Notes: generated by a model not told the origin, from the sequence alone. DNA of 64,000 bases from Candidatus Subterrananammoxibius californiae (GCA_030586555.1 JAURAC010000015.1:1-64000), one strand, 5' to 3'; shown: positions 19,201-31,650, counted from the first letter of the stretch. Program-made: numbers and translations.

Positions 19201-20457
19201 CTACCCCCTCAATTGCCCATTACCATGGACAATAAATTTGTATGAGGTGAGTTCGGTGAGGCCCATGGGTCCACGGGCGTGGAGTTTGTCGGTGCTTATG
19301 CCTATCTCGGCGCCCATGCCAAATTCGTATCCGTCGCTGAAGCGTGATGAGGTGTTGACAAAGACACATGCGGAGTCAATCTCTCTGGTAAATTTGTTGG
19401 CATTGGACAGATTCTCTGTGATTATTGCATCGGAGTGCGCTGAGCCGTAGGTGGTAATGTGTTCAATGGCGCTGTCAATGGAAGGCACTATCTTTACATT
19501 CAGAATCAGGTCTAAATATTCCGTGTACCAGTCAGCCTCTGTAGCCTTTTTTATGCCATGTATTATTTGGCAGGTTTTTTCGCATCCCCTGAGTTCGACG
19601 CCTGCTTCCTGCATCCTTTTTGCCATTGGAGGAAGAAAAGTCGAGGCAACCTTCTCGTGAACCAGCATTGTCTCCATGGCATTACATGTGGCTGGGCGCT
19701 GTACCTTTGCATTGAAGCAAATTTCCTCAGCCATCTTGAGGTTGGCAAACTCATCCACGTATGTTATGCATACCCCCTTATAATGCTTTATAACAGGAAT
19801 GGTTGAGACCTCCGCAACTGCACGAATCAGGCTTTCCCCGCCTCGTGGAATTACAACGTCAATATATTTATCTGCTTGTAAAAGTAAATCCACTGCAGTG
19901 CGGTCTATCGTCTCAATGACCTGAATGCACCTTTTGTCTAAGCCGAATTTTTCGAGCGCAGAGGCAAGTATTTTATAGATAGCAAGGTTGGAATGGATAG
20001 CCTCTTTGCCGCCGCGGAGGATTGAGGCGTTTCCAGCCTTAAAGCAAAGGGATGCGGCGTCTGCCGTTACGTTGGGTCTTGATTCGTAGATGATGGCAAT
20101 TACCCCGATTGGGACGCGAACCTTCTGGATAAACAAGCCGTTTGGGCGGACATGACCCTCGATTACCTCACCCACAGGGTCTTTGAGATGTGCCACTATT
20201 TTTACGCCGTCAGCCATGGCTTCTATCCGTGAATCTGTCAGACGGAGCCTGTCAATCATGGCAGGTGAAAGACCAGCGTTTGTGGCAGACTGTATATCCT
20301 TTTCATTCTCTGCCTTGAGGTGGGATTTTGCGCTTAGCAGGTTATTGGCTATTTCGATGAGAACTGCGTTTTTTGCTGCTGTACCGATTTGTGAAAGCTG
20401 GCGCGATGCTGCCTTTGCGCCCTTCGTAACTCCTTCAATGTAACTCTTAATGTCCAT
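19201..20457 (-). CDS. proA: Gamma-glutamyl phosphate reductase
   Basis: IIYESRPNVT, IPRGG, CNAMET and GAEIGISTDKLHARGPMG. Confidence 0.97.
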   Translation of the reverse strand: MDIKSYIEGVTKGAKAASRQLSQIGTAAKNAVLIEIANNLLSAKSHLKAENEKDIQSATNAGLSPAMIDRLRLTDSRIEAMADGVKIVAHLKDPVGEVIEGHVRPNGLFIQKVRVPIGVIAIIYESRPNVTADAASLCFKAGNASILRGGKEAIHSNLAIYKILASALEKFGLDKRCIQVIETIDRTAVDLLLQADKYIDVVIPRGGESLIRAVAEVSTIPVIKHYKGVCITYVDEFANLKMAEEICFNAKVQRPATCNAMETMLVHEKVASTFLPPMAKRMQEAGVELRGCEKTCQIIHGIKKATEADWYTEYLDLILNVKIVPSIDSAIEHITTYGSAHSDAIITENLSNANKFTREIDSACVFVNTSSRFSDGYEFGMGAEIGISTDKLHARGPMGLTELTSYKFIVHGNGQLRG

Positions 20458-20516
20458 TATTAAGCACGGACAAACACGACCCGTCCACTGGACGGGTGCC
20501 CCGCCATGCCACCCTT

Positions 20517-22222
<1,706 letters not shown>

Positions 22223-22240
22223 ACATAATGTAAACTATTA

Positions 22241-22582
22241 TCAAACAAGCTTTAATGCACGATTGAACATACACATGATTCCGTGGATTGTATATGGCTC
22301 TCCAGTTCTTACGCAAGGAAAAGTAAACGCCGCTTTTTTAGGAATATTACCAAAATACTCCGATAAAAGACTATTAATGGGTATCTCCCTTACCTTGTTA
22401 TTCTTAGTATGGAGCGCCATTATAACTCCATTTATACAGTCAACATTATCCCAAGTCAAGTGCAATATCTCCCTTAGTCGCATACCGGTGTTTAAAGTCA
22501 TAGGAAATAGCCAATCGCCTATAGTCTGTGAAAGAGGCAATCTATTAGAAATTTTAGATTTACGCAATTTTCTTGACATCAT
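22241..22582 (-). pseudogene. Tyrosine recombinase/integrase fragment
   Basis: LNTGMRLREILHLTWDNVD and TKNNKVREIPIN are present; the N-terminal domains and the HxxR/Tyr C-terminus are missing. Confidence 0.8.
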
Positions 22583-22667
22583 ATCTTGTGTTATTTATCA
22601 TTAACTAAAAAAATGGGTACGTTGAAATTGTTGGTATTTCACATTAAAAGGAAAGGATTGCCTTATA

Positions 22668-24656
22668 ATGAAGAAATGGGTAGGTGTTTCTGGAGTGATA
22701 ATAATGTTGTTTTCAGGAATCTGCCTTGAGGTGTGGGCTGATACCCTGGAGATAGAGAAAGAAATGCCAGTAGAAGAACTTTTCTTTATGGAGATTCCAA
22801 TTGTGGTAACGGCTGCGAGGAAAGAGCAGAGCCAGTTTGAGACGGCGTCAGCCACTTATGTCATTACCGCGGAAGACATCCGTCGTTCTGGTGCCACGAC
22901 CATACCAGAACTGTTGCGCATGGTACCCGGCCTCAACGTGGCGCAAATTAGTGCCAGCGAATGGGCAATTAGCTCCAGGGGCTTCCTATTCCTCAAGCGC
23001 TTTTCCGGCGAACTGTTGGTGATGATTGACGGACGCAGTGTCTATACCCCCCTATTCGCCGGGGTATACTGGGACGTACAGGATACCTTGCTGGAGGATA
23101 TAGAACGCATCGAGGTAGTCCGAGGTCCAGGCGGTACCTTATGGGGAGCTAATGCTGTAAATGGTGTGATTAACATCATCACCAAAAGTGCAAAGGACAC
23201 GCAAGGTGGACTGTTCCATGCCGGTTACGGGGACCGCGAAGAAGGCTTCGGCGCTGTGCGTTATGGTTTGGAAATGGGCAATGATGTTTATCTCCGCGCC
23301 TATGCAAAGTATTTCAACCGTGATGACTTCGTAGGTGGCAACGACCAGTGGCAGGCACAACGCGGGGGTTTCCGACTGGATTGGGATATCTCCTATCAGG
23401 ATGCACTCACAGTGATGGGGGATTATTATGATGGCAGGGCTGACCAGACCGTTTCTCTAACCTCATTATCTCCACCAGCCGTTTTATTGACTGACGACAC
23501 AAGGGACTTACACGGGGGTAATGTGTTGCTGCGGTGGCAGCGCCGCCCATCGGAGGAGTCGGATATTATACTGCAAGCCTATTTTGACAATGCTGAGCGT
23601 GAGGAGAAAACCCTGGATCAGCGCATAGACACCTACGACCTCGACTTTCAGCACCGTTTTCTCCTGGGAGAACGCCAGGAGATAACATGGGGTATGGGCT
23701 ATCGCCTGGTAGCGGATAAGCTCAGGGGCAGCTTCGACATTTCGCTTGACCCGGAGGAACGGCAAACACAGCTTTTTAGTACATTTTTGCAGGACCAGAT
23801 TACAGTCATGGAGAATTTATGGCTAACTCTTGGGTCAAAGTTTGAGCATAACGATTTCACCGGATTTGAGATTCAGCCCAGCGGCAGATTCCTGTGGCAA
23901 CCGCTGCCGCGCCATGCCCTATGGGGCGCCATCTCACGTGCCGTTAGAACTTCTTCTCGGGCAGATAACAACATTAGGACCAACCTCGCAGCGTTTCCCG
24001 GCGGGGGCGGCGTGCCGGCACTCGTTTCTGTTTTCGGTAACGATGGCACGGAGTCTGTAGACCTGCTTGCCTATGAGATTGGTTACCGTTATCAATTCTC
24101 ACAAAGACTTTCCCTGGACGTTACGGGGTTTTACAATATCTACGACAATCTCTTTACTGTAGAGCCGGGCGTCCCTGTTTTCGAAATCGAACCATCACCC
24201 CCACACCTGCTCATTCCTTCTTTTTTAGACAACTTAATGGACGGGGAGACCTATGGTGTTGAGACGGCTGCTAACTGGCAGGCAATGCGGAACTGGCGGT
24301 TGAGTTCGAGCTTTACACAACTAAACATGCAGTTACATTTAGATTCTGATAGTAAAGACGGAAACAGGGATGCTCTTGTAGAGGGGGCCAACCCTGAACA
24401 TCAGTTCCAGATTCGCTCCTATCTTAACCTACCCTACAACCTGGAGCAAGATACAGCGGTGTACTATGTTTCCAGGCTTTACAAGCCTGAGGTTTCCGGT
24501 TACACACGCATGGACATGCGTCTGGGATGGCATCCAAGGAATAACCTTGAATTGAGCCTGTCTCTGCAGAACCTGCTTGATAATCACCATCCGGAATTCT
24601 CTGACGTGAGCGAAGTGCCTCGCAGTGTTTATGCAAAGATTACATTTAAGTGGTAA
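22668..24656 (+). CDS. TonB-dependent receptor, copy 1
   Basis: Signal peptide, VVTAARKEQ, plug motif IERIEVVRGPGGTLWGANA and C-terminal aromatic residue. Confidence 0.92.
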   Translation: MKKWVGVSGVIIMLFSGICLEVWADTLEIEKEMPVEELFFMEIPIVVTAARKEQSQFETASATYVITAEDIRRSGATTIPELLRMVPGLNVAQISASEWAISSRGFLFLKRFSGELLVMIDGRSVYTPLFAGVYWDVQDTLLEDIERIEVVRGPGGTLWGANAVNGVINIITKSAKDTQGGLFHAGYGDREEGFGAVRYGLEMGNDVYLRAYAKYFNRDDFVGGNDQWQAQRGGFRLDWDISYQDALTVMGDYYDGRADQTVSLTSLSPPAVLLTDDTRDLHGGNVLLRWQRRPSEESDIILQAYFDNAEREEKTLDQRIDTYDLDFQHRFLLGERQEITWGMGYRLVADKLRGSFDISLDPEERQTQLFSTFLQDQITVMENLWLTLGSKFEHNDFTGFEIQPSGRFLWQPLPRHALWGAISRAVRTSSRADNNIRTNLAAFPGGGGVPALVSVFGNDGTESVDLLAYEIGYRYQFSQRLSLDVTGFYNIYDNLFTVEPGVPVFEIEPSPPHLLIPSFLDNLMDGETYGVETAANWQAMRNWRLSSSFTQLNMQLHLDSDSKDGNRDALVEGANPEHQFQIRSYLNLPYNLEQDTAVYYVSRLYKPEVSGYTRMDMRLGWHPRNNLELSLSLQNLLDNHHPEFSDVSEVPRSVYAKITFKW

Positions 24657-24764
24657 GGAACGACTTAACTGCAAGAGGGAAGAAATGAGACTTGACCTCA
24701 TTAATTAGAAAAATGTGTCCGTTGAAATTGTTGGTATTTCATATTAGAAGGAAAGGAGTGCCTA

Positions 24765-26762
24765 ATGATAAAGAAATGGACAGTCGTTTCTGGAGTGATA
24801 ATGATGTTGTTTTCCGGAACCTGCCTTGAGGCGCGGGCTGATGTCATAAATGTAGATGAAAAAATGCCGGCTGAAGAGCTTTTATTTATGAAGATTCCAG
24901 TTGTGGTAACAGCCGCCAGGAAGGAGCAGAGTCAGTTTGAGACGGCTGCAGCCACTTATGTCATTACCGCTGAAGACATACGTCGCTCCGGCATGACGAC
25001 CATACCAGAACTGCTGCGCATGGTACCCGGTCTCGACGTGGCACAGATTGACGCTAACAAATGGGCTATCAACTCCAGGGGTTTCAATAGTCGCTATGCC
25101 AACGAACTGTTGGTGATGATTGACGGACGAACTGTCTATACCCCCCTATTCGCCGGGGTATACTGGGACGTACAGGATACCATGCTGGAGGATATAGAAC
25201 GCATCGAGGTAGTCCGAGGTCCAGGCGGTACCCTGTGGGGTGCCAATGCCGTGAACGGTGTAATTAATATCATCACCAAAAGTGCAAAGGACACTCAAGG
25301 TGGACTGCTCCATGCCGGTTACGGGGACCGTGAAGAAGGTTTCGGCGCAATGCGTTATGGTTTGAAAATGGGCAATGATGTTTATTTCCGCGCCTATGCA
25401 AAGTATTTCAACCGTGATGACTTCGTAGGTGGCAACGACCAGTGGCAGGCACAACGCGGGGGTTTCCGATTGGATTGGGACATCTCCTATCAGGATGCAC
25501 TCACAGTAATGGGGGATTATTATGATGGCAGGTCAGGTATGACCACTTACAGAGCCTTTTTATCCCCGCCAGCTACTTTACAGGTTACAGACCCAGAGGA
25601 CGTCAACGGTGGAAACGTGCTTTTACGCTGGCGGCGAAGCCTATCGGAGGAGTCAGATATTACCTTACAAGCCTATTTTGATAACGCCGAGCGCAAGAGG
25701 GATGTCTTAGACCAGCGCGTAGACACCTACGACCTTGACTTTCAACACCGTTTTCTCCTCGGAGACCGACAGGAGATAACCTGGGGTATGGGCTACCGCC
25801 TGGTAGCGGATAAACTTAAGGGCAGCTTCTCTGTTTCGTTTGACCCTGAAGAACGACAAACACAGCTTTTCAGTGTATTTCTGCAGGACCAGATTACAAT
25901 CATGGAAAACTTATGGCTGACTATGGGGTCTAAGTTCGAGCACAACGATTACACCGGATTTGAAGTCCAACCCAGTGCACGAATCAAGTGGCAGCCACAT
26001 CCGAGCTATTTATTCTGGGGCGCCGTGTCGCGCGCCGTTCACACGCCTTCACGCGCAAGTAATAACATAGTGTTAAATGTTGCGGCATCTCCCAGCCCTA
26101 GGGGTACGCCAGTCGTCATTAGGGTTGTAGGCAACGAGGACATAGAGTCTGAAAACGTGCTTGCTTATGAGATTGGCTACCGTCATCAACTGACAAGAAG
26201 GCTTTCCATTGACGTGGCGGGCTTTTACAACGTCTATGACGATCTCTTCACCGCGGAGACGAGCGCTCCAGTATTCGAGACCTCTCCTCCGCCTCCTCAT
26301 CTGGTCATTCCCGTGTTTGAAGATAACTTTATGCACGGAGAGACTTTGGGTATTGAGGTCGCTTCGAACTATCAAGCAATGCGAAACTGGCGTCTTAGTC
26401 CGAGCTACACATGGCTCAATATGAATATGAACATAGAGTCGAAGAGTGGGAATACTACCGCTGATAAGAACAAAGAGGGAAGCAGCCCAGAGCATCAGTT
26501 CCAGATTCGCTCCTATCTTAACTTACCCTACAATCTGGAGCAAGATACAGCATTGTACTATATTTCCAGGCTTCACATTCTGGAAGTTCCCAGTTATACA
26601 CGCATGGACGTACGTCTGGGATGGCATCCGATGGATGACCTGGAGTTGAGCCTGTCGGTGTTGAACCTGCTCGATAATCGGCATAAGGAACTTATTTCTG
26701 ACTCAGCCATAGAGAGTGAGGTGCCTCGCAGCGTTTACGCAAAGATTACATGGAAGTGGTAA
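24765..26762 (+). CDS. TonB-dependent receptor, copy 2 (tandem paralogue)
   Basis: Same motifs; long stretches identical to copy 1. Confidence 0.92.
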   Translation: MIKKWTVVSGVIMMLFSGTCLEARADVINVDEKMPAEELLFMKIPVVVTAARKEQSQFETAAATYVITAEDIRRSGMTTIPELLRMVPGLDVAQIDANKWAINSRGFNSRYANELLVMIDGRTVYTPLFAGVYWDVQDTMLEDIERIEVVRGPGGTLWGANAVNGVINIITKSAKDTQGGLLHAGYGDREEGFGAMRYGLKMGNDVYFRAYAKYFNRDDFVGGNDQWQAQRGGFRLDWDISYQDALTVMGDYYDGRSGMTTYRAFLSPPATLQVTDPEDVNGGNVLLRWRRSLSEESDITLQAYFDNAERKRDVLDQRVDTYDLDFQHRFLLGDRQEITWGMGYRLVADKLKGSFSVSFDPEERQTQLFSVFLQDQITIMENLWLTMGSKFEHNDYTGFEVQPSARIKWQPHPSYLFWGAVSRAVHTPSRASNNIVLNVAASPSPRGTPVVIRVVGNEDIESENVLAYEIGYRHQLTRRLSIDVAGFYNVYDDLFTAETSAPVFETSPPPPHLVIPVFEDNFMHGETLGIEVASNYQAMRNWRLSPSYTWLNMNMNIESKSGNTTADKNKEGSSPEHQFQIRSYLNLPYNLEQDTALYYISRLHILEVPSYTRMDVRLGWHPMDDLELSLSVLNLLDNRHKELISDSAIESEVPRSVYAKITWKW

Positions 26763-26790
26763 GATACGACTTAACTGCAAGAGGGAAGAA

Positions 26791-27702
26791 ATGAGACTTT
26801 ATATAGTTATTCTTATCTTGATTTTTTCTTCGAACCTGAATTTTGCGTCTGCCCAAGCAAAGGTTTCGGTTATTTTTTCTTCTGATATAGAACCTTACCG
26901 ACAAACCTGGGAGGGAATCAAAGAGGTTTTTGAAGAAGAGAAAGTTTCCTTAATTTATTCAGAATTTTATTTAGAAAGGCAAAAACCTGATTTAATCTTT
27001 CGGCAAATAGCTGAAGAAAACCCGGATGTTGTTTTTACTATAGGCCCCCAGTCCCTAATACTTGCAAAGGAAAAGGTAAAGAACAATCCCGTTGTTTTTT
27101 CCATGGTTCTAAACCCCGAGGAAATTATTAACTCAAATATTACCGGAGTCTCTCTGGATATACCTATTAAGGTAAAGCTAAAACATATTAAGAGGATTCT
27201 ACCTTATGTAAAGAGAATCGGCGTGATATATACTTCCAAAACAATTCCGGTTTATAAGGAAATGTTAGAGGAGTGTGAAGAGCTGGGATTTCAGCTTATC
27301 GGAAAAGAGATTCGTTCAGAAAAAGAATTCAAGGATGCATTTAAAGACATCTCTTGGCGGATAGATTCCTTCCTGATGATTCCAGACACACAAATATATT
27401 TCAGTCAATCAATAAAATATTTATTACTCGAAGGTCTAAGGAAGAAATTGCCAGTAATTGGACTGTCCTCAACTTATACCAAGGCAGGGGCATTTGTTTC
27501 TTTTGAGGGCAACTATCATGATATTGGAAGTCAGGTTGGAGAAATTGCACTGAGAGTGCTTGGAGGGGAAAAACCTGAGAATATAGCGCCAGCAAGGCCG
27601 AGAACGGTACAATTTTCTTTGAATCTGCTGGTTGCTGAAAGAATGGGTATCACAATTCCTTCGGACATAATAAAAGAGTCAAGTGAGGTTTTTGGCAGAT
27701 GA
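26791..27702 (+). CDS. Periplasmic ABC-type substrate-binding-like protein
   Basis: Start MRLYIVIL after GAGGG; signal peptide; ITGVS, RIGVIY, PD, KAGA and NLLVAERMGI pattern of the ABC_sub_bind family. Confidence 0.8.
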   Translation: MRLYIVILILIFSSNLNFASAQAKVSVIFSSDIEPYRQTWEGIKEVFEEEKVSLIYSEFYLERQKPDLIFRQIAEENPDVVFTIGPQSLILAKEKVKNNPVVFSMVLNPEEIINSNITGVSLDIPIKVKLKHIKRILPYVKRIGVIYTSKTIPVYKEMLEECEELGFQLIGKEIRSEKEFKDAFKDISWRIDSFLMIPDTQIYFSQSIKYLLLEGLRKKLPVIGLSSTYTKAGAFVSFEGNYHDIGSQVGEIALRVLGGEKPENIAPARPRTVQFSLNLLVAERMGITIPSDIIKESSEVFGR

Positions 27703-29678
27703 GACTCGGTATTAGTACAAAAGCTATTTTGCTTGCATTTTGTATGATTGTTTTTTTTGGTCTTGCGCTTGGATATTTTGTTATCCGTTATCAATCTCGT
27801 GTTCTTAGGCTTGAATTGAATGAACGGGTAACGGTTCTTATGAATAATTTGTCTTTCAATAGTGAATATCCACTATTAATCGAGGACAAGGAGGCAATTG
27901 TCAGGTTAACAAAAGGAATTTTGGCACAAAGGGATATTGTTTTCTGCCGGATTGAGGACAAAAGCAAAAACTTTTTTTATGAAGAAGGGTCGAAAGAGGT
28001 AGGGCCTATTAGTGAATATACTACTACTATTGTCTCAAAGACTGCTGCAGAAGAATTAGGCGAAGAACTAATCCTGGGAATACCAAAAGAATTGGAAGAG
28101 GAGATTGGGAGGGTATATCTATGTGTTTCACATTCAGGATTCAAAGAGAAACTTAATAAAGCAAAAAGGATAATAGCGGCAATCATTATTCCTTTCATCA
28201 TTACAACATGTTTAGCGATTTATTTATTACTGAAACGCATCCTGGGTTTACCTATTAAACAATTAGTCAAAGCAACAGAAAAGATTTCTCAAGGAAATCT
28301 CAACGATAGGGTTCCAATAGAAACACATGATGAAATAGGGGTCTTAGCTGCTTCCTTTAATAAAATGACCAAAGACCTGCAGGAGTCAACTGTCTCACGA
28401 AAAGAGCTGGAACAACGCGTAGTTGAACGCACAAGAGAACTGGCGGAAGAACGTCAGAACCTGGAGAATACCGTTCAGGTAAGGACCAGGGAATTGCGCG
28501 AGTCTCTTGAAAAGGTTGAGGATGCCAATCTCCTGTTAGAACATGCCAACCGAGCCAAGACCCAATTCCTTTCCTCTATGAGCCATGAACTGCGCACGCC
28601 GCTCAACGTCGTCATTGGCTTTACTGATCTGTTAAGTGAGCAATTATATGGGAACCTCAATGATAAGCAGATGAAATATGTAAGTGAAATCGGCAATAGC
28701 GCAGAACACCTGTTATCCCTCATCAACGACTTGCTTGATGTGTCTAAGATAGACGCAGGAGCAATGGAACTTGAAATGGAGGATATTTCGTTCGACGAAT
28801 TAATTAATACGATAGTATCCATGATGAATAGCCAGTTCAGGAAGAAAAAGATAAATGTGAAAACGTCAATTGAACCGACGCTACCAGTCGTAACGGCGGA
28901 CCGTAGGAAGTGTAAACAGATCCTTATGAACCTGCTTTCAAATGCATTTAAGTTTACACCAGAGGAAGGACGAGTTGAGATTTGTGCTGTCTATGGTGGA
29001 GACTTCGGAGTCCGGATAGAAGTCAGGGATACCGGGATTGGAATAGCTGCAGACAAGATTGATAAGATTTTTTCTGAATTCTACCAGGTAGAGAATGTGC
29101 GCGATGAACAGCTCGGTGGTACAGGGATTGGGCTGGCACTGACACGCCGACTGGTGGAATTACATGGTGGGAAAATCGGTGTTGAGAGCAAACTGTGTAA
29201 AGGAAGTACCTTTTGGTTTACTTTACCACTGAAAAAGTTGTTACGAAAAGAACCTTCCGAACAAAAAGAGGCGGAGGAAGTCTTGAAAGAAAATGGTGCC
29301 CCTAAAGGGCGTCGTATATTAATAGTGGAGGACAACGAGGTTAATCTGGCGATGGCAATTGAAATGTTGAATGTCCATAAACACCGGGTCGTGGTTGCCA
29401 GAAACGGACAGGAGGCAATTGAGATGGCTAAGCAGCATAAACCTGAATTGATTTTGATGGATATTCGGATGCCGGTGATGGATGGTCTGGAGGCAACACA
29501 AAGGCTTCGAGCTATACCAGAATTTGCTAATACTCCCATTATCGCCATGACTGCCAGTACAGGCGCCGAAGCCGAAAAAACTCATATTGCTAAGGGTTGC
29601 ACCACTCATCTGGCAAAACCTATCCATGTAAAGCAACTATTTGCGGTTCTTAAAAAATATTTAAGCATTGAAAATTAG
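27699..29678 (+). CDS. Hybrid sensor histidine kinase (2 TM-HAMP-HisKA-HATPase-REC)
   Basis: SHELRTPL, NLLSNAFKFT, DTGIGI, GTGIGL; REC domain ILIVEDN...LMDIRMPVMDG. Confidence 0.95.
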   Translation: MRLGISTKAILLAFCMIVFFGLALGYFVIRYQSRVLRLELNERVTVLMNNLSFNSEYPLLIEDKEAIVRLTKGILAQRDIVFCRIEDKSKNFFYEEGSKEVGPISEYTTTIVSKTAAEELGEELILGIPKELEEEIGRVYLCVSHSGFKEKLNKAKRIIAAIIIPFIITTCLAIYLLLKRILGLPIKQLVKATEKISQGNLNDRVPIETHDEIGVLAASFNKMTKDLQESTVSRKELEQRVVERTRELAEERQNLENTVQVRTRELRESLEKVEDANLLLEHANRAKTQFLSSMSHELRTPLNVVIGFTDLLSEQLYGNLNDKQMKYVSEIGNSAEHLLSLINDLLDVSKIDAGAMELEMEDISFDELINTIVSMMNSQFRKKKINVKTSIEPTLPVVTADRRKCKQILMNLLSNAFKFTPEEGRVEICAVYGGDFGVRIEVRDTGIGIAADKIDKIFSEFYQVENVRDEQLGGTGIGLALTRRLVELHGGKIGVESKLCKGSTFWFTLPLKKLLRKEPSEQKEAEEVLKENGAPKGRRILIVEDNEVNLAMAIEMLNVHKHRVVVARNGQEAIEMAKQHKPELILMDIRMPVMDGLEATQRLRAIPEFANTPIIAMTASTGAEAEKTHIAKGCTTHLAKPIHVKQLFAVLKKYLSIEN

Positions 29679-29692
29679 CGGAGGAAAATGTC

Positions 29693-30508
29693 ATGACAAA
29701 TCCGGCAAGAATTCTTATCGTTGAGGATAACGAGGCTAACCGCACTATCCTGAACGAGAGGCTTAATGCACTTGGACATATTTCTATCCTTGCGGAAAAT
29801 GGACTATCTGCATTGGCTCAAATAAGAAAGCAACCTCCGGACCTCGTCCTGCTTGATATATTGATGCCAGGAATGGACGGCTACGAGGTTTTGTGTCATT
29901 TGAAAGACGATACTTCTTTGTGTCACATTCCTGTTATCATTATCTCAGCCGTTGATGATATGGAAAATATCGTACGGTGTATTGAAAAGGGTGCAGACGA
30001 CTACTTAACAAAACCTTTTAATCCCATATTGCTAAGGGCGAGAATCGCCTCTTGCCTGGAGAAAAAGCGCCTGCATGACCAGGAAGAGCAGTATCGCCAT
30101 CGGATTGAAGACTATAACTTGAACTTGGAACGTCGTCTGAAAAAGGCTGCTCATGTCGGTACTCAATATCTTCGCAGCTATGCCCTGGACCTCTCTCGAA
30201 ACCGGGCAGGCATATTAGTAATCATATTGGGAGTGGTGTATCTCCTATCTTTTGTTTCATATTTTATCACAGGATTACTTCTACCCGAGGATTCTATCCT
30301 GGGATTTCTTCACAGGTTACATAAGGCGGCAATTATTTCTTTTATTCCCTTAGCATTTATAATAGAAGGTTACTATGTAGTCCGGGGACTTGGAGAGAAT
30401 AAAAAAAATTCCGAATTAATTATTCATGTGTTGGTTAGTTTGTTCCTGTTTTCTATCCTAATTGTTGGAAATCATATAGTTTTTAAGTGGTGGCTATCAC
30501 ATATATAG
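29693..30508 (+). CDS. Response regulator receiver with C-terminal membrane segments
   Basis: ILIVEDN, LLDILMP, GADDYLTKPF; three hydrophobic stretches at the C-terminus. Confidence 0.8.
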   Translation: MTNPARILIVEDNEANRTILNERLNALGHISILAENGLSALAQIRKQPPDLVLLDILMPGMDGYEVLCHLKDDTSLCHIPVIIISAVDDMENIVRCIEKGADDYLTKPFNPILLRARIASCLEKKRLHDQEEQYRHRIEDYNLNLERRLKKAAHVGTQYLRSYALDLSRNRAGILVIILGVVYLLSFVSYFITGLLLPEDSILGFLHRLHKAAIISFIPLAFIIEGYYVVRGLGENKKNSELIIHVLVSLFLFSILIVGNHIVFKWWLSHI

Positions 30509-30650
30509 GCAATAGTGTAGGGGCGAATGGCATTCGCCCATTGATAAGAAGGGCAAACGCCGTTTGCCCCTACACGATACCCGACTCTCAACTCGAACCC
30601 CGAATTCCGCATTTCAAAACATGCCCCTGATTTAATCAGTGGGACTGGAA

Positions 30651-31650
30651 TCAGCTAAAACTCCGCCTTGCCATCTCGAGGATGTCGGAGAATTTCTTGC
30701 CTCCCTTAAACACTACGGTTGCCTCGTACCCGCAGTGCATCATGCAGTTCTTGCATCTTGGGTCCGAGCCTGAGCGATATTTCTCCCAATTGGTTGATGT
30801 CATAAACTCCTGATACGAAGCATAGTGGGTATCTGTGATGAGATAGCATGGACTTTTCCAGCCATGATAATTCCTTGTCGGGTTGCCCCAAGGGGAACAA
30901 GGTAAATCCCGCTCACCCTTTAGGAATTTCAAATAGAGGGGGCTGTTTATAACCTTGAACCTTCTGGAAAGATTATAGATAAATCCAAACTTTTGCTGAA
31001 CCTCCTCACGGCAGAGGAAGATGTTGTTTTTATTATCTCCAAAGTCGAACGCTGGGGAGACAAGCATACCATCCACCTTCAGTTTTTCGAGGAATAGAAA
31101 CAATTCCTCAATCTCTTCCGGGGCGGTGTTCTTGTAAATCGTGGTGTTAGTGCATACCTTAAAGCCAGAGTCTTTTGCCATTTTAATCGCTTCTGTAGCC
31201 TTCTTGAAGACGCCCCGGATGCCAGTAATGGCGTCGTGTGTTTCTTCTAATCCATCAATGTGTACATTTATATTGAAATATGGGCTGGGTTTGAGTTTGG
31301 GGAAGGATTCAGCTAAAAGTAAGCCATTTGTGATAAGGTAGACGTGTCGTTTCCTTCTCAAGATGCCACTCACGATGTCCCCTATGTGGGGATGCATCAA
31401 CGGCTCCCCCCCCTGTAACCGAGACCACAGGGGCATCACACTCATCCACAGAGGCTAAGCAGTCCTCGGTGGTCATTAGCTCGTTGAGGGTCTCTTTGTA
31501 CTCCCGTATCCTACCACAACCCTTACAGGCAAGGTTGCAGAGATGGGTTACCTCAAGCATAAGCACAAGGGGAAACTTTTCCCTCGATGCAAGCTTGTTC
31601 TTTAATATATGTTTTGTAAGCGATGCCACCAGCCTTACCGAAACCCTCAT
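30651..31650 (-). pseudogene. hpnH: Adenosylhopene transferase (radical SAM), split by a +1 frameshift in a G8 run
   Basis: FPLVLMLE..HLCNLACKGC lies in one ORF and GGEPLMHP...CSPWGNPT..GWKSPCY...C.NCMMHCGYE in the other. G7 at 31406-31413 would join them. Confidence 0.85.

Noticed and set aside
22668..26762. Receptor pair as a diversity-generating retroelement template and target
   Set aside because: No reverse transcriptase is present, both copies are full genes, and the differences are not confined to adenines.
22241..30573. Intact integrative element at tRNA-Arg
   Set aside because: The integrase is a fragment on the 5' side of the tRNA, and no duplicated att sequence was found.
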